Part shown: one piece after another, positions 63,606-64,000 of the stretch
How the letters are laid out: every line of letters begins with the position of its first letter
Numbering within the stretch: position 1 is the first letter of the stretch
NCBI RefSeq assembly: GCF_039654945.1
Contig: NW_027362117.1
Location: forward strand, 1,674,001-1,738,000
DNA length: 64,000 nucleotides
DNA from: Dendrobates tinctorius
Taxonomy: Eukaryota
Direction: 5' to 3'
Program-made: the position numbers and the translations under genes
The notes under the pieces: model-generated
Told to the model about the DNA's origin: nothing
Seen by the model: only the letters and a program-made list of their open reading frames with translations
Database searches by the model: none

Positions 63606-63900
63606 GTAAGGGCTCTGCAGCGGCGTCACCGCCTTCCACAGCACCGAGAGTCCTACGACATGGCCCGCCCAACACGTCACGCGTATAATACCCACCGCCT
63701 TCTCGGGTCCCCGCGGGCACTGGTCTGTGGCCAGCGGGTGAGTCCATGACCACATGTGGCTACCACAGTCCTGCACCTTCTGTGCCACATGGATCAGTAC
63801 AAGACAGTGAGGTCCGAGCACCCACGAGGCCCTAAGTAACTGGTGCTTCTTTTCATGCAGGTCCAGTGAAATGTTTGGCTGGGTGAACGTTCATCCTCTG

Positions 63901-64000
63901 CAGCACTCTTCTCCTCCTCTTGCAGCATTACTCTTCTCCTCCTCCTCTTGCAGCATTACTCTCCTCTTGCAACATTACTCTTCTCCTCCTCCTCTTGCAG
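63901..64000 (+). repeat. Imperfect 20-28-bp pyrimidine-rich tandem repeat ending in TTGCAG, runs off the right edge
   Basis: cattactcttctcctcctcctcttgcag and shorter variants. Confidence 0.8.

Overview
Vertebrate genomic DNA, most likely from a frog (inferred from the CR1/L2/V-SINE/Tc1/MITE content). It is not prokaryotic. I read four spliced genes by hand, all with GT-AG junctions and consistent phases. They are the 3' part of BORCS6 (+, 3 exons, 2299-4198), complete BRK1 (-, 3 exons, 75 aa), complete ALAS1 (-, 10 coding exons, 615 aa) and the 5' part of POC1A (+, 4 exons from 57797), which lies head-to-head with ALAS1. About 40% of the window consists of roughly 15 minisatellite arrays, and these produce all of the very long ORFs in the track. 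The ALAS1-POC1A intergenic region holds a solo LTR, CR1 and L2 LINEs, two Tc1 elements (a third, decayed one lies between BRK1 and ALAS1), MITEs and a tRNA-derived V-SINE. The most unusual signal is where the minisatellites sit and what they derive from. (i) One 81/86-bp family occurs in two genes 58 kb apart, in sense orientation, and in both it stops at the same phase just before a 3' splice site and supplies the likely branch point. A different array does the same in BRK1. (ii) All three visible promoters are bracketed by arrays. (iii) Two arrays were visibly born from retroelement motifs: the Pol III A-box head of a SINE and the PQGSVLG motif of a CR1 reverse transcriptase. Functional interpretations of these patterns are inference and untested.
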